The position numbers were made by a program, and so were the translations under genes. A stretch of DNA of 64,000 nucleotides, taken from assembly GCA_963674945.2 (NCBI GenBank), contig CAXXWQ010000004.1, forward strand, positions 2,752,001-2,816,000, given 5' to 3'. This document shows, piece by piece, positions 41,816 to 52,000 of the stretch (position 1 is the stretch's first letter; every line of letters starts with the position of its first letter). The notes beneath the pieces were generated by a model. That model ran no database searches. It saw nothing but the letters and a program-made list of their open reading frames with translations, and was not told the DNA's origin. This stretch comes from an uncultured Desulfosarcina sp. (GTDB lineage: Bacteria > Desulfobacterota > Desulfobacteria > Desulfobacterales > Desulfosarcinaceae).

Positions 41816-42163
41816 TCATGGCTCTCTCGTACCCATTCCAACGCGGCCCCGACCCCGGCGACGCCGGCGCCCGCCGCCGCGGACGGCATAGTTACCACCT
41901 TCGACCCGCACGGCTTTTCCGGTGACCAGCGCTTCTCCGATGATGCCCCGTGCCGATGTTAAAATTCTCCCATAGGTCTGACGGGATACCTGCATCAGGT
42001 TTGCCGCCGACTCCTGGTCCAGTCGCTCGAAATCGCTTAACCGGATCGCCTCCAGTTCCTCGATGGAGAGTGTCAATTCTCCGGTGATGGGAACGCCCTG
42101 GGGGACGAATGCGGCAATGGTCGGATAACCGGATACGAATCTGGGTTTCTTGGGTCTGGGCAC
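41816..42163 (-). CDS. DUF134 family HTH protein
   Basis: MPRPKKPRFV, EELEAIRLSD..LDQESAA.MQVSRQT, VEGGNY. Confidence 0.9.
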   Translation of the reverse strand: MPRPKKPRFVSGYPTIAAFVPQGVPITGELTLSIEELEAIRLSDFERLDQESAANLMQVSRQTYGRILTSARGIIGEALVTGKAVRVEGGNYAVRGGGRRRRRGRGRVGMGTREP

Positions 42164-42195
42164 ACCACGTCCTTTCTTTCTGATCGTTTGACTAT

Positions 42196-42248
42196 AACCT
42201 ATTACCTAAATGGTTTGGTGTCAATATAAATAATGATCAATTGATCAT
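42196..42248 (-). promoter_or_regulatory. sigma70-type promoter plus palindromic operator upstream of the DUF134 gene
   Basis: TTGACA-17 bp-TAGGTT on the minus strand; perfect palindrome ATGATCAATTGATCAT at 42233-42248. Confidence 0.6.
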
Positions 42249-42275
42249 AAATTGTTGTGTAGAAACTCCTATGGC

Positions 42276-42428
42276 TTGATAAACATGCTAAGAGTCGCTG
42301 TTCGGACGGCTTCGTAAAAAGCCCGAGATCAAGGATTGCGAGTCCCGAGGAATGAGGCGTGTTCGTAATACGTCGCGGTGACGAAGGATGAAGCGTAACG
42401 CCGATATCGGGCTTTTTACGAAGCCGTC
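42276..42428 (+). repeat. Family A repeat, copy 4, with outer extension
   Basis: Core 42305-42428 with perfect terminal inverted repeats GACGGCTTCGTAAAAAGCCCGA/TCGGGCTTTTTACGAAGCCGTC. Confidence 0.92.
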
Positions 42429-42438
42429 ATGGCTTGGA

Positions 42439-42756
42439 TCAATTTATCAGCGACTGCAGGACGTCGGTAAGCGCTTCCAGGGGCTGCAAACCGATTAGGC
42501 GGCTGGCCTCCTTGCCGTCTTTAAAGAAGATGATGGTAGGTATGCTCTGAATGCCAAGACGAAATGCAAGGTCTCGATATTCATCGATATTCAGTTGCTT
42601 CACAGTGGCCGCCCCCCTGGTTCTTCTTTCAAACGCACTGATGATCTGCGTTTGGACGCGGCAGGGACGGCTCCAGGTCGCAATGAAATCCAATATGGTG
42701 ATGCCACCGGCCATCAGCTGGTTCAGGTTTTCGGTCATGGAAAAGGAAAGGGTCAT
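42439..42756 (-). CDS. Thioredoxin-fold protein with atypical WSRPC motif
   Basis: DFIATWSRPCR, SIPTIIFFKDG. Confidence 0.85.
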   Translation of the reverse strand: MTLSFSMTENLNQLMAGGITILDFIATWSRPCRVQTQIISAFERRTRGAATVKQLNIDEYRDLAFRLGIQSIPTIIFFKDGKEASRLIGLQPLEALTDVLQSLIN

Positions 42757-42834
42757 TGTCGTTCTCCCATGAAAAACCGGATAGGGTATCGCTGCGTTAC
42801 GCTATCCGAAATCGAGGGTTTTTCAATGGGGAAA

Positions 42835-42849
42835 TCAAAATCCATGCCA
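42835..42849 (-). promoter_or_regulatory. Putative sigma54 -24/-12 promoter
   Basis: TGGCATGGATTTTGA upstream of the WSRPC thioredoxin. Confidence 0.6.
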
Positions 42850-43014
42850 GCAAATGGTAAATTCATCAAAAAAGGTAACGATCTTTCCATGGGCTTGTGC
42901 CGACCGCATTGACAGGCATCGGGCCACGATCTATGTTAATTCGACAAAGTCATAAATCTCTGATTTGGCATAGAGGACCAGGTTTTCTATGCTGAACAAC
43001 AAAGGCGGTACAAA

Positions 43015-43482
43015 ATGAAGACAGCTCATGAAATGATCCAGGAAAAGGGGGGTGAGATCCTCAGCGTGCCGGAGGGGACCGTCGTCATGGAAGCGTTGGA
43101 AAAGATGAATGCGGGAAGTGTGGGCGCCATTATGGTTACCCGGAATCAGATGCCGGTGGGCATCTGGACGGAGCGAGACCTGATGCGCAACATGCTCGAC
43201 GCAGCTTTCGATCCCCATAAGACACGCATCGAAGATGTCATGACAAAAAACGTGATCTTTACATCCCACACCGATACCGTTTACAACCTCATGGACAAAT
43301 TCCTCGGATTACGGTTGCGCCACCTTCTTATAAAGAAAGATGGGGAAACCATTGGCATGCTCTCAAGCGGAGACGTCATGAAGGCCTGCATTCAGGAAAA
43401 AGACGCGGAACTCAAGCAGCTCAATTCCATGGTGGGGTGGGACTATTACGAAAATTGGTGCTGGCGGCCTGATTCCAAATGA
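43015..43482 (+). CDS. CBS domain protein
   Basis: GIWTERDL, IEDVMT, LRHL, GMLSSGDV. Confidence 0.9.
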   Translation: MKTAHEMIQEKGGEILSVPEGTVVMEALEKMNAGSVGAIMVTRNQMPVGIWTERDLMRNMLDAAFDPHKTRIEDVMTKNVIFTSHTDTVYNLMDKFLGLRLRHLLIKKDGETIGMLSSGDVMKACIQEKDAELKQLNSMVGWDYYENWCWRPDSK

Positions 43483-43542
43483 TGGTGTATTCGGAACTTT
43501 TCGCTACCACGATGACATCTTGACCGTCCGGTGAAACGTCAA

Positions 43543-44403
43543 CTACTTATGCTCGGAAGCCCGGTGTATATCGATAATCTTCGTATGACTGAAATAGTCC
43601 GTTGTCTCATATCGGGTGATTCCCTGCAGCTTGTCGGTGATATCTCGCATGCGTTCAATCTGGACCGTAATTTTTTCGATATTGGCCAATGCATCGCTGT
43701 CTTCCAATTGCATGGCCAATAACTCGGTATATCCGGACAGGGTCTGAAGGGGTTGGTTAAGCTCATGACAGACAGCACCGGCCGTCTCCAAAACACCCTC
43801 CAACTTCTCTTTTTGAATCTGGTTATGGGCCGCACGGTTTTTTTCCGTCAGATCCGACAGGACAGCCACGCTGCCGTTTAGCTCTCCCTCTTTATCCGTC
43901 AACGGTGCAAGGCTGAAAAGAAAGTCCCGGCGCTCCCCATCGGCACGTTGCACCTGGGCCTCATGCGTGTGAAAACCGGCCTTCTCCATCATTTTTCGCT
44001 CTTCCCGCAGATATGCAGCGGCCAGATCGGCAGGAATCTGTTCGGGTAGTTCCTGTGGCCGCTTCCCGATAATACGGTCTCGCGTAAGCCCAAGTATCTG
44101 TTTGGCATAAACCTTGTTGCACCCCTGAAAATACCCTTCGGCGTCCTTGAAATAGATGGGATTCGGTATGGTGTTCACCAGTGTATCCATCAATTGTAGG
44201 AAGCTGCGAAGCTTCTCTTCGGATTGCTCCCACCGGGCTTTGTCCCGATCGTGTAACTCCTGTTGTTTTCTCAACTGTTGGCTGGCCTCGTGAAGGGACT
44301 GATTCAGCTCCAGTATTTTCTTGCCCTGCCGCCAATAGTTATGCCCTCCCCACGCGCCGACACCGACGAGCATAACAATAAAAAACAGATAATCGAGCAC
44401 CAT
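43543..44403 (-). CDS. Membrane-anchored PAS protein with HisKA-like helix and no ATPase domain
   Basis: N-terminal TM, IPNPIYFKD PAS, AGAVCHELNQPL; ends without HATPase boxes. Confidence 0.85.
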   Translation of the reverse strand: MVLDYLFFIVMLVGVGAWGGHNYWRQGKKILELNQSLHEASQQLRKQQELHDRDKARWEQSEEKLRSFLQLMDTLVNTIPNPIYFKDAEGYFQGCNKVYAKQILGLTRDRIIGKRPQELPEQIPADLAAAYLREERKMMEKAGFHTHEAQVQRADGERRDFLFSLAPLTDKEGELNGSVAVLSDLTEKNRAAHNQIQKEKLEGVLETAGAVCHELNQPLQTLSGYTELLAMQLEDSDALANIEKITVQIERMRDITDKLQGITRYETTDYFSHTKIIDIHRASEHK

Positions 44404-44811
44404 TTTCCAGGTTCTCCATTTATGAATTCGTTGTATTCAAACCGGGTGCTGCACTCCCGGTTACAACCCGAACGATGAAAGCACGAACGTGCTTCTGGGC
44501 ATCCGGCCGATGGCCGAATATCCAAGCCGCCCGCTTTGCGGGCGGTCGGTGACGCAATATGTTTGGGCCGCGAAGAAGTATGGCCGGTATTATGATAGCA
44601 GAAACACGGATTTTCGTCATGTATAGTTTCCGGATCTCCATCGGGCGAAACGGAGCCGCATGCTCCTTTGACCCGGAGTCCCCATTTCATCCGGAGAGGA
44701 AATTGCCACTTTTGTTGACTTTATTTCCTTATTCCAATATAGAGAACTGCGAAAAGGCAATTTTATCGACCGGTTCCCTTTCGTGTTCCTCAGACTTAAA
44801 GGAAAAAGGTA

Positions 44812-45168
44812 ATGGTGAGGAAACCCTTGCTGTTGATCCTGGCAGCAATTTCGATTGTCGTCAGCGCAGGGATCATAAATGCCACGATTTGGGATCTTGG
44901 AGACGGATGGTTCTCAGATAACGCCCAAAACGATCAGCCTCTGCAGCAATCATGGTTTACCAATGCCTTCGGCTATGAGACGAGGGGCAATTTGATGGCG
45001 GATGCGAATCTACACCGAACCGAAATTTCCGTCCGTGCAACCGACCAACCACCCCGGGTCACACCCCGTACCGAATCGATCGTATCCCAACACAAGGTGC
45101 CGACACTTCTCCTTTTGGCCAACGGTATCATCGGTCTCGTCGGATTTTGGCGGCGGACTGCCAAATGA
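44812..45168 (+). CDS. Small secreted protein with a degenerate PEP-CTERM-like tail
   Basis: Signal peptide; C-terminal VPTLLLLANGIIGLVGFWRR. Confidence 0.6.
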   Translation: MVRKPLLLILAAISIVVSAGIINATIWDLGDGWFSDNAQNDQPLQQSWFTNAFGYETRGNLMADANLHRTEISVRATDQPPRVTPRTESIVSQHKVPTLLLLANGIIGLVGFWRRTAK

Positions 45169-45365
45169 ACAGATTTCAGGCAATGGTACAAATCATGGCC
45201 TTGATCAATGAGGACCACGACTTGAAACCGGGAAGCCGGGAGGCAAAACTCATCCGTAGGGTGATCTCCAGCAAGATCGAACGGCTTGGGCCGGAAGGCG
45301 CGCTGGCACAAATCATGGATACCAAGGCGCACTTGATTGCACAGATTCAGAGTTTGATTCCATAA
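45165..45365 (+). CDS. Hypothetical small protein
   Basis: ATGA overlap with the upstream stop; 66-aa helical ORF. Confidence 0.55.
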   Translation: MNRFQAMVQIMALINEDHDLKPGSREAKLIRRVISSKIERLGPEGALAQIMDTKAHLIAQIQSLIP

Positions 45366-45399
45366 CCGGTCTTTTTCTCTCCCCTCGACCGATACCCAA

Positions 45400-45483
45400 T
45401 TTTTACGAATCCGTCCGCACAGCAACTTCCAAGGAACTCGTTCATCGATACAAGTCAAAAAAGACTTTTTACGAGATCATCAA
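45400..45483 (-). repeat. Family A repeat end fragments
   Basis: TTTTTACGAATCCGTCCG and GACTTTTTACGAGATCATCAA, reverse complements of the inner and outer end motifs. Confidence 0.65.
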
Positions 45484-45872
45484 TTTTATTCGAATTGCGA
45501 TTCTTGCAACAGTCCCCGCCGAATCCAGGGAGTGGCTGTCTGTTGTTTCCTTCCCATCCGAGTATTGACTTTAAATGAATCTCGATTTCAATTGACCCCG
45601 ACCAGAACACACCGATTCGAGAAGGACCGGATGGTCCTTTCTTAGCTTCCCCCGTGTTTTTTCTTATAGTCTCTAACTCATTATGGAAGTGTGAAAAAAT
45701 TATGCTTGATGTATCCTGTCAAATAAGATAAATAATCGCCCTTCATGCTCATATGCTTATTAAGCAATGGCATGCGCTCAGACCCCCCAAGCAAATTCAC
45801 AGGACCAACGAATTCGTTTTGCGCCAGGCAAAAGGGGTGGTTTGTTATTGCAAACAGAGAAGGATACAATTC

Positions 45873-46130
45873 ATGGAGTTTTGGCGCGTACCACTAGATG
45901 CAAATCACATCGATATCACCAAAGGAATCGTCCACATCATCGAGGACCGATGCAAGGGATGCGGCTATTGCGTTGAATTTTGTCCCCGGGATGTCCTGAC
46001 TTTTTCCGAACGTTTCAACACAAAAGGGTACCATCCGCCCGAGGTTCGAAAAGCCGATGGATGCATCAACTGCCACTATTGTGAAATCATTTGTCCGGAG
46101 TTTGCTATTTATTCCGTTGAAGATGGCTAA
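45873..46130 (+). CDS. korD: 2-oxoacid:ferredoxin oxidoreductase delta subunit (2[4Fe-4S])
   Basis: CKGCGYCVEFCP, KGYHPP, CINCHYCEIICPEFAI. Confidence 0.88.
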   Translation: MEFWRVPLDANHIDITKGIVHIIEDRCKGCGYCVEFCPRDVLTFSERFNTKGYHPPEVRKADGCINCHYCEIICPEFAIYSVEDG

Positions 46131-46158
46131 GCAAAGGTCGGATGAATAATGGAAAGAA

Positions 46159-46266
46159 GTTTTAAGTGTTAAGGGAAGGATGAGGATCGATTTTAAAATT
46201 TCTTATTAAGCCTTTTATTTCTTCCTATATAAATCGACAGAATACCTCAACTTAATCACTTAAAAC
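46159..46266 (+). repeat. Family C AT-rich repeat, copy 1
   Basis: Ends GTTTTAAGTGTTAAG / CTTAATCACTTAAAAC; inverted copy at 48341. Confidence 0.85.
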
Positions 46267-46342
46267 GTAATACTCGGCGGGTCGCAGAGATCCCGCCACC
46301 GCTAAACAGCAGAAAAATAATCAAATTTCGGAATTTGGTAAC

Positions 46343-47497
46343 ATGAAAAACAGACCCGCCGTACTAACCGGAGAACACTACATGACCGGTGATGAAGCCT
46401 GCGCCGAAGGCGCCCTGGCAGCCGGATGCCGATTTTTCGGCGCCTATCCCATCACACCGGCAACGGAGATCGCCGAGCACATGTCAGCACGGCTTCCCGA
46501 AGTGGGCGGAACCTTCATCCAGATGGAAGATGAAATCGCCGCCATGGGCTCGGTCTTGGGTGCTGCCTGGGCCGGTCAGAAGAGCATGACCGCCACCTCG
46601 GGTCCGGGCTTCAGCCTGATGATGGAAAACATCGGTCTTGGGGTGGTGACCGAGACTCCCTGCGTGGTTGTCAATGTCCAACGTGGCGGCCCCTCCACCG
46701 GCCTGCCCACCATGAGCGCCCAGGCGGATATGATGCAGGCCCGCTGGGGCTCCCACGGAGACTATGAAATCATCGCCCTGGCCCCCGCCTCTGCCCAGGA
46801 GATCTTCTACCAGACCATCACCGCCTTCGACTTGAGCGAAAAATACCGAACGCCGGTGCTCGTGATGACAGACGGAGTGATCGGCCACATGAGCGAAAAG
46901 GTGGTCATCCCCGCGGCAAACACCATCAAGCCGGTTTCCCGGCCCACGCCCAAAGGACGAAAGGACCGGTTTTTGTTGTACAAGCCGGACAAAAACGGCG
47001 TTGCCCCCATGCCGGCGGCCGGTCAAGGATACAACGTTCATGTCACCGGGCTTACCCACGATGAAAAAGGCTATCCCGCCATGAGCGTAGAGGCCCAGAA
47101 AGAGATGATGGACCGGATCACCAATAAGATTCTGGCCAACCGGGACGACATCATCATCACTGACGACCACCACCTGGAGGACGCCGAAGTCGTGTTGGTT
47201 TCCTATGGAATTTCGGCCAGGACCAGCCTGGCCGCAATGGCCCGGGCCAGGGAAAAGGGACGGAAGGTGGGGCTCTTGCGCCTGGTGACAGTATGGCCCT
47301 TTTGCGAAGAGCGAATCCGGCAGCTGGCGCAGCGTGTGAGAGCGTTTATCACCGTCGAGATCAACTTGGGACAGGTTCATCTGGAGGTGGAACGATGCGC
47401 CGGCAAACAAGCACCTTGCCACCTGGTGGGACATGCCGGCGGGACCGTCATTACTCCGGAGCAAGTGCTTGCGAAGATAGAGGAGGTGTTTTCATGA
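46343..47497 (+). CDS. korA: 2-oxoacid:ferredoxin oxidoreductase alpha subunit
   Basis: YPITPATE, QMEDE, TATSGPG, QRGGPSTGLPT. Substrate specificity cannot be determined. Confidence 0.92.
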   Translation: MKNRPAVLTGEHYMTGDEACAEGALAAGCRFFGAYPITPATEIAEHMSARLPEVGGTFIQMEDEIAAMGSVLGAAWAGQKSMTATSGPGFSLMMENIGLGVVTETPCVVVNVQRGGPSTGLPTMSAQADMMQARWGSHGDYEIIALAPASAQEIFYQTITAFDLSEKYRTPVLVMTDGVIGHMSEKVVIPAANTIKPVSRPTPKGRKDRFLLYKPDKNGVAPMPAAGQGYNVHVTGLTHDEKGYPAMSVEAQKEMMDRITNKILANRDDIIITDDHHLEDAEVVLVSYGISARTSLAAMARAREKGRKVGLLRLVTVWPFCEERIRQLAQRVRAFITVEINLGQVHLEVERCAGKQAPCHLVGHAGGTVITPEQVLAKIEEVFS

Positions 47498-48342
47498 CTG
47501 CGGCAACCGCAGAGAAGGAACTGGCGGTACCGACAGATCGGCATCCCTTGGATGACCTGATCCGAACGGACCGCATACCCCACATATGGTGTCCCGGCTG
47601 CGGTATTGGAACGGCTTTCTCCGCCTGTCTGCGCGCCATGATCGCAAGCGGTATCGATCTTCAAAAGACCTGCATGGTCTCCGGTATCGGCTGCTCCGGG
47701 CGGGCCGCCGGATACGTCAAGCTGGATTCGTTTCATACCACCCACGGACGGGCCATTCCCTTTGCCACCGGACTTAAACTGGGAAATCCGGAACTCAACG
47801 TGGTGGTTTTTTCGGGAGACGGGGATCTGTTTGCCATCGGCGGAAACCACTTCATTCATGCCGCCCGGCGCAACATAGACATAACGGTGATCTGTCTTAA
47901 CAACCTGAACTACGGCATGACCGGCGGCCAGGTGGCGGCCACGACACCCCAACAGGCAAAGACCACCACGACCCAGTCGGGCAACCCCGATGCCCCGTTC
48001 AACCTGCCGCTGATGGCCTATGCCGCCGGAGCCACATACGTGGCGCGCTGGACCATCTTGCACACCCGGGAGATGACCGAAGCCTTCAAGAAAGCCATGG
48101 TAAAACCGGGATTTTCGTTCATCGAGGTATTGGGCCCCTGCCCCATCAACTACGGCAGGCGGAACAAGGAAAAAGCCATGGACACATTGCGTCTCTACCA
48201 GGAAAAAACCATCATCCGCAACAATGCCGACATCACCGAACTGGATATCGATTTCGGCAATCAGGTGGTTCTGGGTGAATTCGTGGACAAACAGCGGCCG
48301 ACTTGTATCGAGAATTATGATAGAACCTGTCGGTTAATATAG
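47494..48342 (+). CDS. korB: 2-oxoacid:ferredoxin oxidoreductase beta subunit
   Basis: WCPGCG, GIGC, HGR, GDGD...NN TPP motif, YGMTGGQ. Confidence 0.92.
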   Translation: MTAATAEKELAVPTDRHPLDDLIRTDRIPHIWCPGCGIGTAFSACLRAMIASGIDLQKTCMVSGIGCSGRAAGYVKLDSFHTTHGRAIPFATGLKLGNPELNVVVFSGDGDLFAIGGNHFIHAARRNIDITVICLNNLNYGMTGGQVAATTPQQAKTTTTQSGNPDAPFNLPLMAYAAGATYVARWTILHTREMTEAFKKAMVKPGFSFIEVLGPCPINYGRRNKEKAMDTLRLYQEKTIIRNNADITELDIDFGNQVVLGEFVDKQRPTCIENYDRTCRLI

Positions 48343-48465
48343 TGTTAAGTGATTAAGTTGAGGTATTCTGTCGATTTATAAATGAAGAGATAAATGACAC
48401 AAGAAAAAATCTAAAATCGATTCCTATCCTTCCCTTAACACTTAACCACTTGAAACTTAACACTT
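48341..48465 (-). repeat. Family C AT-rich repeat, copy 2 (inverted)
   Basis: 48345-48380 is the exact reverse complement of 46228-46263; the other end matches AAGTGTTAAGGGAAGGAT. Confidence 0.85.
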
Positions 48466-48516
48466 TCTTTACAATATGACGAATCAACACAGATACTCCA
48501 AACCGGAGCATGATTA

Positions 48517-49095
48517 ATGAACAAACAGATAATAATAACCGGTTTCGGCGGCCAGGGAGTTGTACTGGCAGGACGCATCATAGGAAAAGCGGCGGCCATC
48601 GGCGACAAACTGGAATCAACCCTGGTCCAGTCTTACGGGCCGGAATCCAGGGGCGGTGCCTGCAGCGCACAGGTGACCATCGCCGACGAAGAGATCTTCT
48701 ACCCCTACATCTCCAATCCCGACGTCCTGGTGGCCATGAGCCAGTCCGGCTACGAAAAATACAAGGATCTTCTACGCCCCGAGGGCATCCTGATCGTGGA
48801 TCAGGACCTGGTCCGGCCGGATGCTTCGGCCCAAAATCCGTATTGTGTTCCGTGCACCCGGTTTGCCGAGGAGATGGGGCTTGTGATGATGGCCAATATC
48901 ATCATGGTCGGTTTTTTCACCGCCGTCACCGAAGCCGTCTCCCAGGAAGCCGCACGCCAGACTGTTTTGGAATCCGTTCCCAAGGGGACGGAAAAGAAAA
49001 ACCTTGGCGCCTTCGACAAGGGGTGGGAGTTCGGCAAGGCCACATTGAAAGGACGAGCCAAGAAAGCCGCCGGACGAATCGGAGTGATCGCATGA
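48517..49095 (+). CDS. korG: 2-oxoacid:ferredoxin oxidoreductase gamma subunit
   Basis: GFGGQG, SYGPESRGG, NIIMVG. Confidence 0.9.
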   Translation: MNKQIIITGFGGQGVVLAGRIIGKAAAIGDKLESTLVQSYGPESRGGACSAQVTIADEEIFYPYISNPDVLVAMSQSGYEKYKDLLRPEGILIVDQDLVRPDASAQNPYCVPCTRFAEEMGLVMMANIIMVGFFTAVTEAVSQEAARQTVLESVPKGTEKKNLGAFDKGWEFGKATLKGRAKKAAGRIGVIA

Positions 49096-52000
49096 AAAGC
49101 CCCAAGAACAGACTGCACCGGGTGTTGGTTGTCGGTGCGACACCCGCCGGGGTGGCAGCGACCAACAAGCTGGGAGAACTGGGCATCCCGGTAACCCTGG
49201 TGGACAAGCACACCGACCTGAATGAAAAGCTGGCCGACGACCGCTATCGCCTCAATTCCGGCGTGCCGTTCAATTTTGCTCACCGGCCTGGACTGATCCG
49301 CATCTTGGGAAACCCTGGAATTCGCTGCGTCTTGCCGGCTACGGTAACCGGCGCCAAACACAGCCGGCAGGGGTTTGCCGTGAAAATCGAGCGGCACCAG
49401 ACCTTTGTGGACCCAAACCGTTGCACCCTGTGTGGCAAATGCATGGCCGTCTGTCCGGTTTCCGATGAATCGGGGAAAGCCCCCATCTCTTTTGCAAGCC
49501 GAATGGCCCTTCCCGGCCGGGCGACGATCGACAAGCGACAGGATCCGTTGTGCCAGGCCAATTGTCCGTTAGGGGTCAACGCCCAGGGCTACATCGCCCT
49601 TGCCAGTGCCGGACGCTACGATGAGGCACTGGCGCTGGTCCGTAAGGACAACGTACTGCCCGGCATCTGCGGCCGGGTATGTCACCACCCCTGCGAAGCC
49701 GCCTGCCGCCGGTCCGAGGTGGATGCACCGCTTGCCATTCGCGACATCAAACGCTTTCTGGCCGATCACGGCCGCCAAAATCCAGTATCCGGGTCCCCGT
49801 CCGACAAGCCCACTCGGCCGGAAAAGATCGCCGTGGTGGGTTCCGGTCCGGCCGGACTGGCTGCCGCCGCAGACCTTGCCTGGAACGGCTTTGCCGTGAC
49901 CCTGTTCGAGAAAAAATCCAAGGCCGGCGGACTTTTGCGCTACGGTATCGGCCCATACCGTCTGCCCCGGGAGATCATCGACGAAGAGATCGAAGCCATC
50001 GTACGCATGGGAGTGAGCCTTCGCACCGGTCATGCCATTGACCTTGCACAAGGCCTGGACGAATTGAAAAAAGAATTTTCCGCCGTGATTCTTACTGTCG
50101 GCACCTGGGCCGACCGGCGATTGGGCGTACCCGGTGAGGATTTGGACGGCATCAGTGGCAGCCTTTCTTTTTTGGAGCGGTTTTCCGACAATGAAATTCG
50201 ATCCGTAGAAGGCAATGTAGCCGTCATCGGCGGCGGGAACGCCGCCATCGACGTGTCCCGTGCGGCAATCCGGCTTGGCGCGAAAAGCGTACAAATCGTC
50301 TACCGCCGAACCCGCGCGGAGATGCCGGCCTGGGAAGAAGAGATCCATGCGGCCGAGGCCGAGGGAATCCGGATCATGGAATGCCGTCAGGTGACTGAAT
50401 TCGTCGGAAAAAACGGCAGACTCCAGGGGCTGCGCCTTGTGGCTACCCGTCCGGGTCCCGCCGACGAAAACGGCAGATCGTTGCCGATACCGGTCGAAGA
50501 TGGCGATACCACTGTATTGCCTGTAGACAGGGTTTTCCTGGCCATCGGACAGAAGGGTGCCTACCGGTTTTCCGGCCGGGGCATAAGAGCCACCGCCCAA
50601 GGATACCTGGCCGCCGATCCAACGGGACAAACCGATATGCCAAAGGTCTGGGCTGCCGGAGACGCGGTGTCCGGCGCCAGCACCGTGGTCCAGGCCATGG
50701 CCGATGGACGGGCCGTGGCAAAAGCGGTCATGGACGAACTGTTGGGAACGGACGAACCTTTCGACGCGTCGGACATTACCCGCAGACCCAAGGGAAGGGA
50801 ATTCATCCCCATCGATCCGAACATGGTCGCCTGCATGCGCACTCCCATGCCCGAAATTGCTTTGTCCGCACGGCAGGGAAGCTTTGCCGAGGTGGCAAAG
50901 GGATACGATGAGAATCAAATGAAGAGGGAGGCCTGCCGCTGTCTGCAATGCGCCAGCTGCTCCGAATGCTTAGCGTGCGTCACGGCCTGCGGTGTCAACC
51001 GGGCCATCCGTCACGATGAGCCCGCCGAACTTCTCACGGAAAATGCCGGCGTGGTCATTATCGCCGACCCGGAAATGGGGATGCACATCCGGGGAGAGGA
51101 TGTCATCCGGGCATACGGCCCGAAATCGGCCAAATCTGATGTCTATGCCATGCTGATCCGGGGCTTTGCGGCAGCAGCCAAGGCCATGGCCCTGCTCAAG
51201 GACACCTCGAGTCGGCCCAAGGGCCACGGGATCGCCTTCGTCCCTCCCGATCCCGGCCTGGACGAAAGGATACGCATGGGCGTTTTCGCTTGTCGGTGTA
51301 ACGACAGCCTGGGGTGGACGCCGCAGATGGACGCCTACATGGAGAACCTGAACCGGCGGTCCGACATCGTCCATGCCGAAATGCTGCCGTCTGCATGTCT
51401 TCCGGAAGGCGTGGGTCAAATCGTGGCCACGATACGGGATCGGAGGTTGACCCGTGTTGTGCTGGCGTCTTGCGTTTGCTGCCCCCTCAACTTCGTCTGC
51501 AGCGCCTGCACACAGCAGCGAAGCCGGCTGAAAACGGGACTCTTCGTCGGAACCGGCATCAGCCGTTCCATGGTCCAAACCGTCAACCTGCGCGGCGAAG
51601 CGCTGCGAATGGTGGAAAAGGACCCCGACCTGGCCCAGACACGATTCACGGCGGTAATGGATAGCACGATCCGCCTGGCCGCCAAACTGCTGCCGTTTCC
51701 CGCACCGGTTCGGACATATAACTTCACGACGGCGGTGATCGGCCAGAGCGAGGCCGCCGCTACCGCCGCCGTGACGTTGGCCGAATCCGGTCTGGACGTG
51801 GTCATGCTCGGGACCCGGAAAAATCCGCTTGAAAAACCGCCCCTTCATCCAAATATCCGTTCGTTCGTCGATGGGCACGTGGAGGCCATCAGCGGTACCC
51901 TGGGGAACTTTCGGGTATTCGTAAAAAACGGCCACACATCTTGGACCTTCACCGTCGGCGGGATCGTCTTGGGAGAAAATTCCCGGAAAATCAATCTCTA

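Noticed and set aside
45745..45760. ATGCTCATATGCTTAT as a second DUF134-type operator upstream of korD
   Set aside because: Imperfect palindrome with too little identity to the 42233 site.
48510..49091. N-terminal 194 aa of the 1321-aa track ORF
   Set aside because: Overlaps korG in another frame; the real start is ATG 49092.
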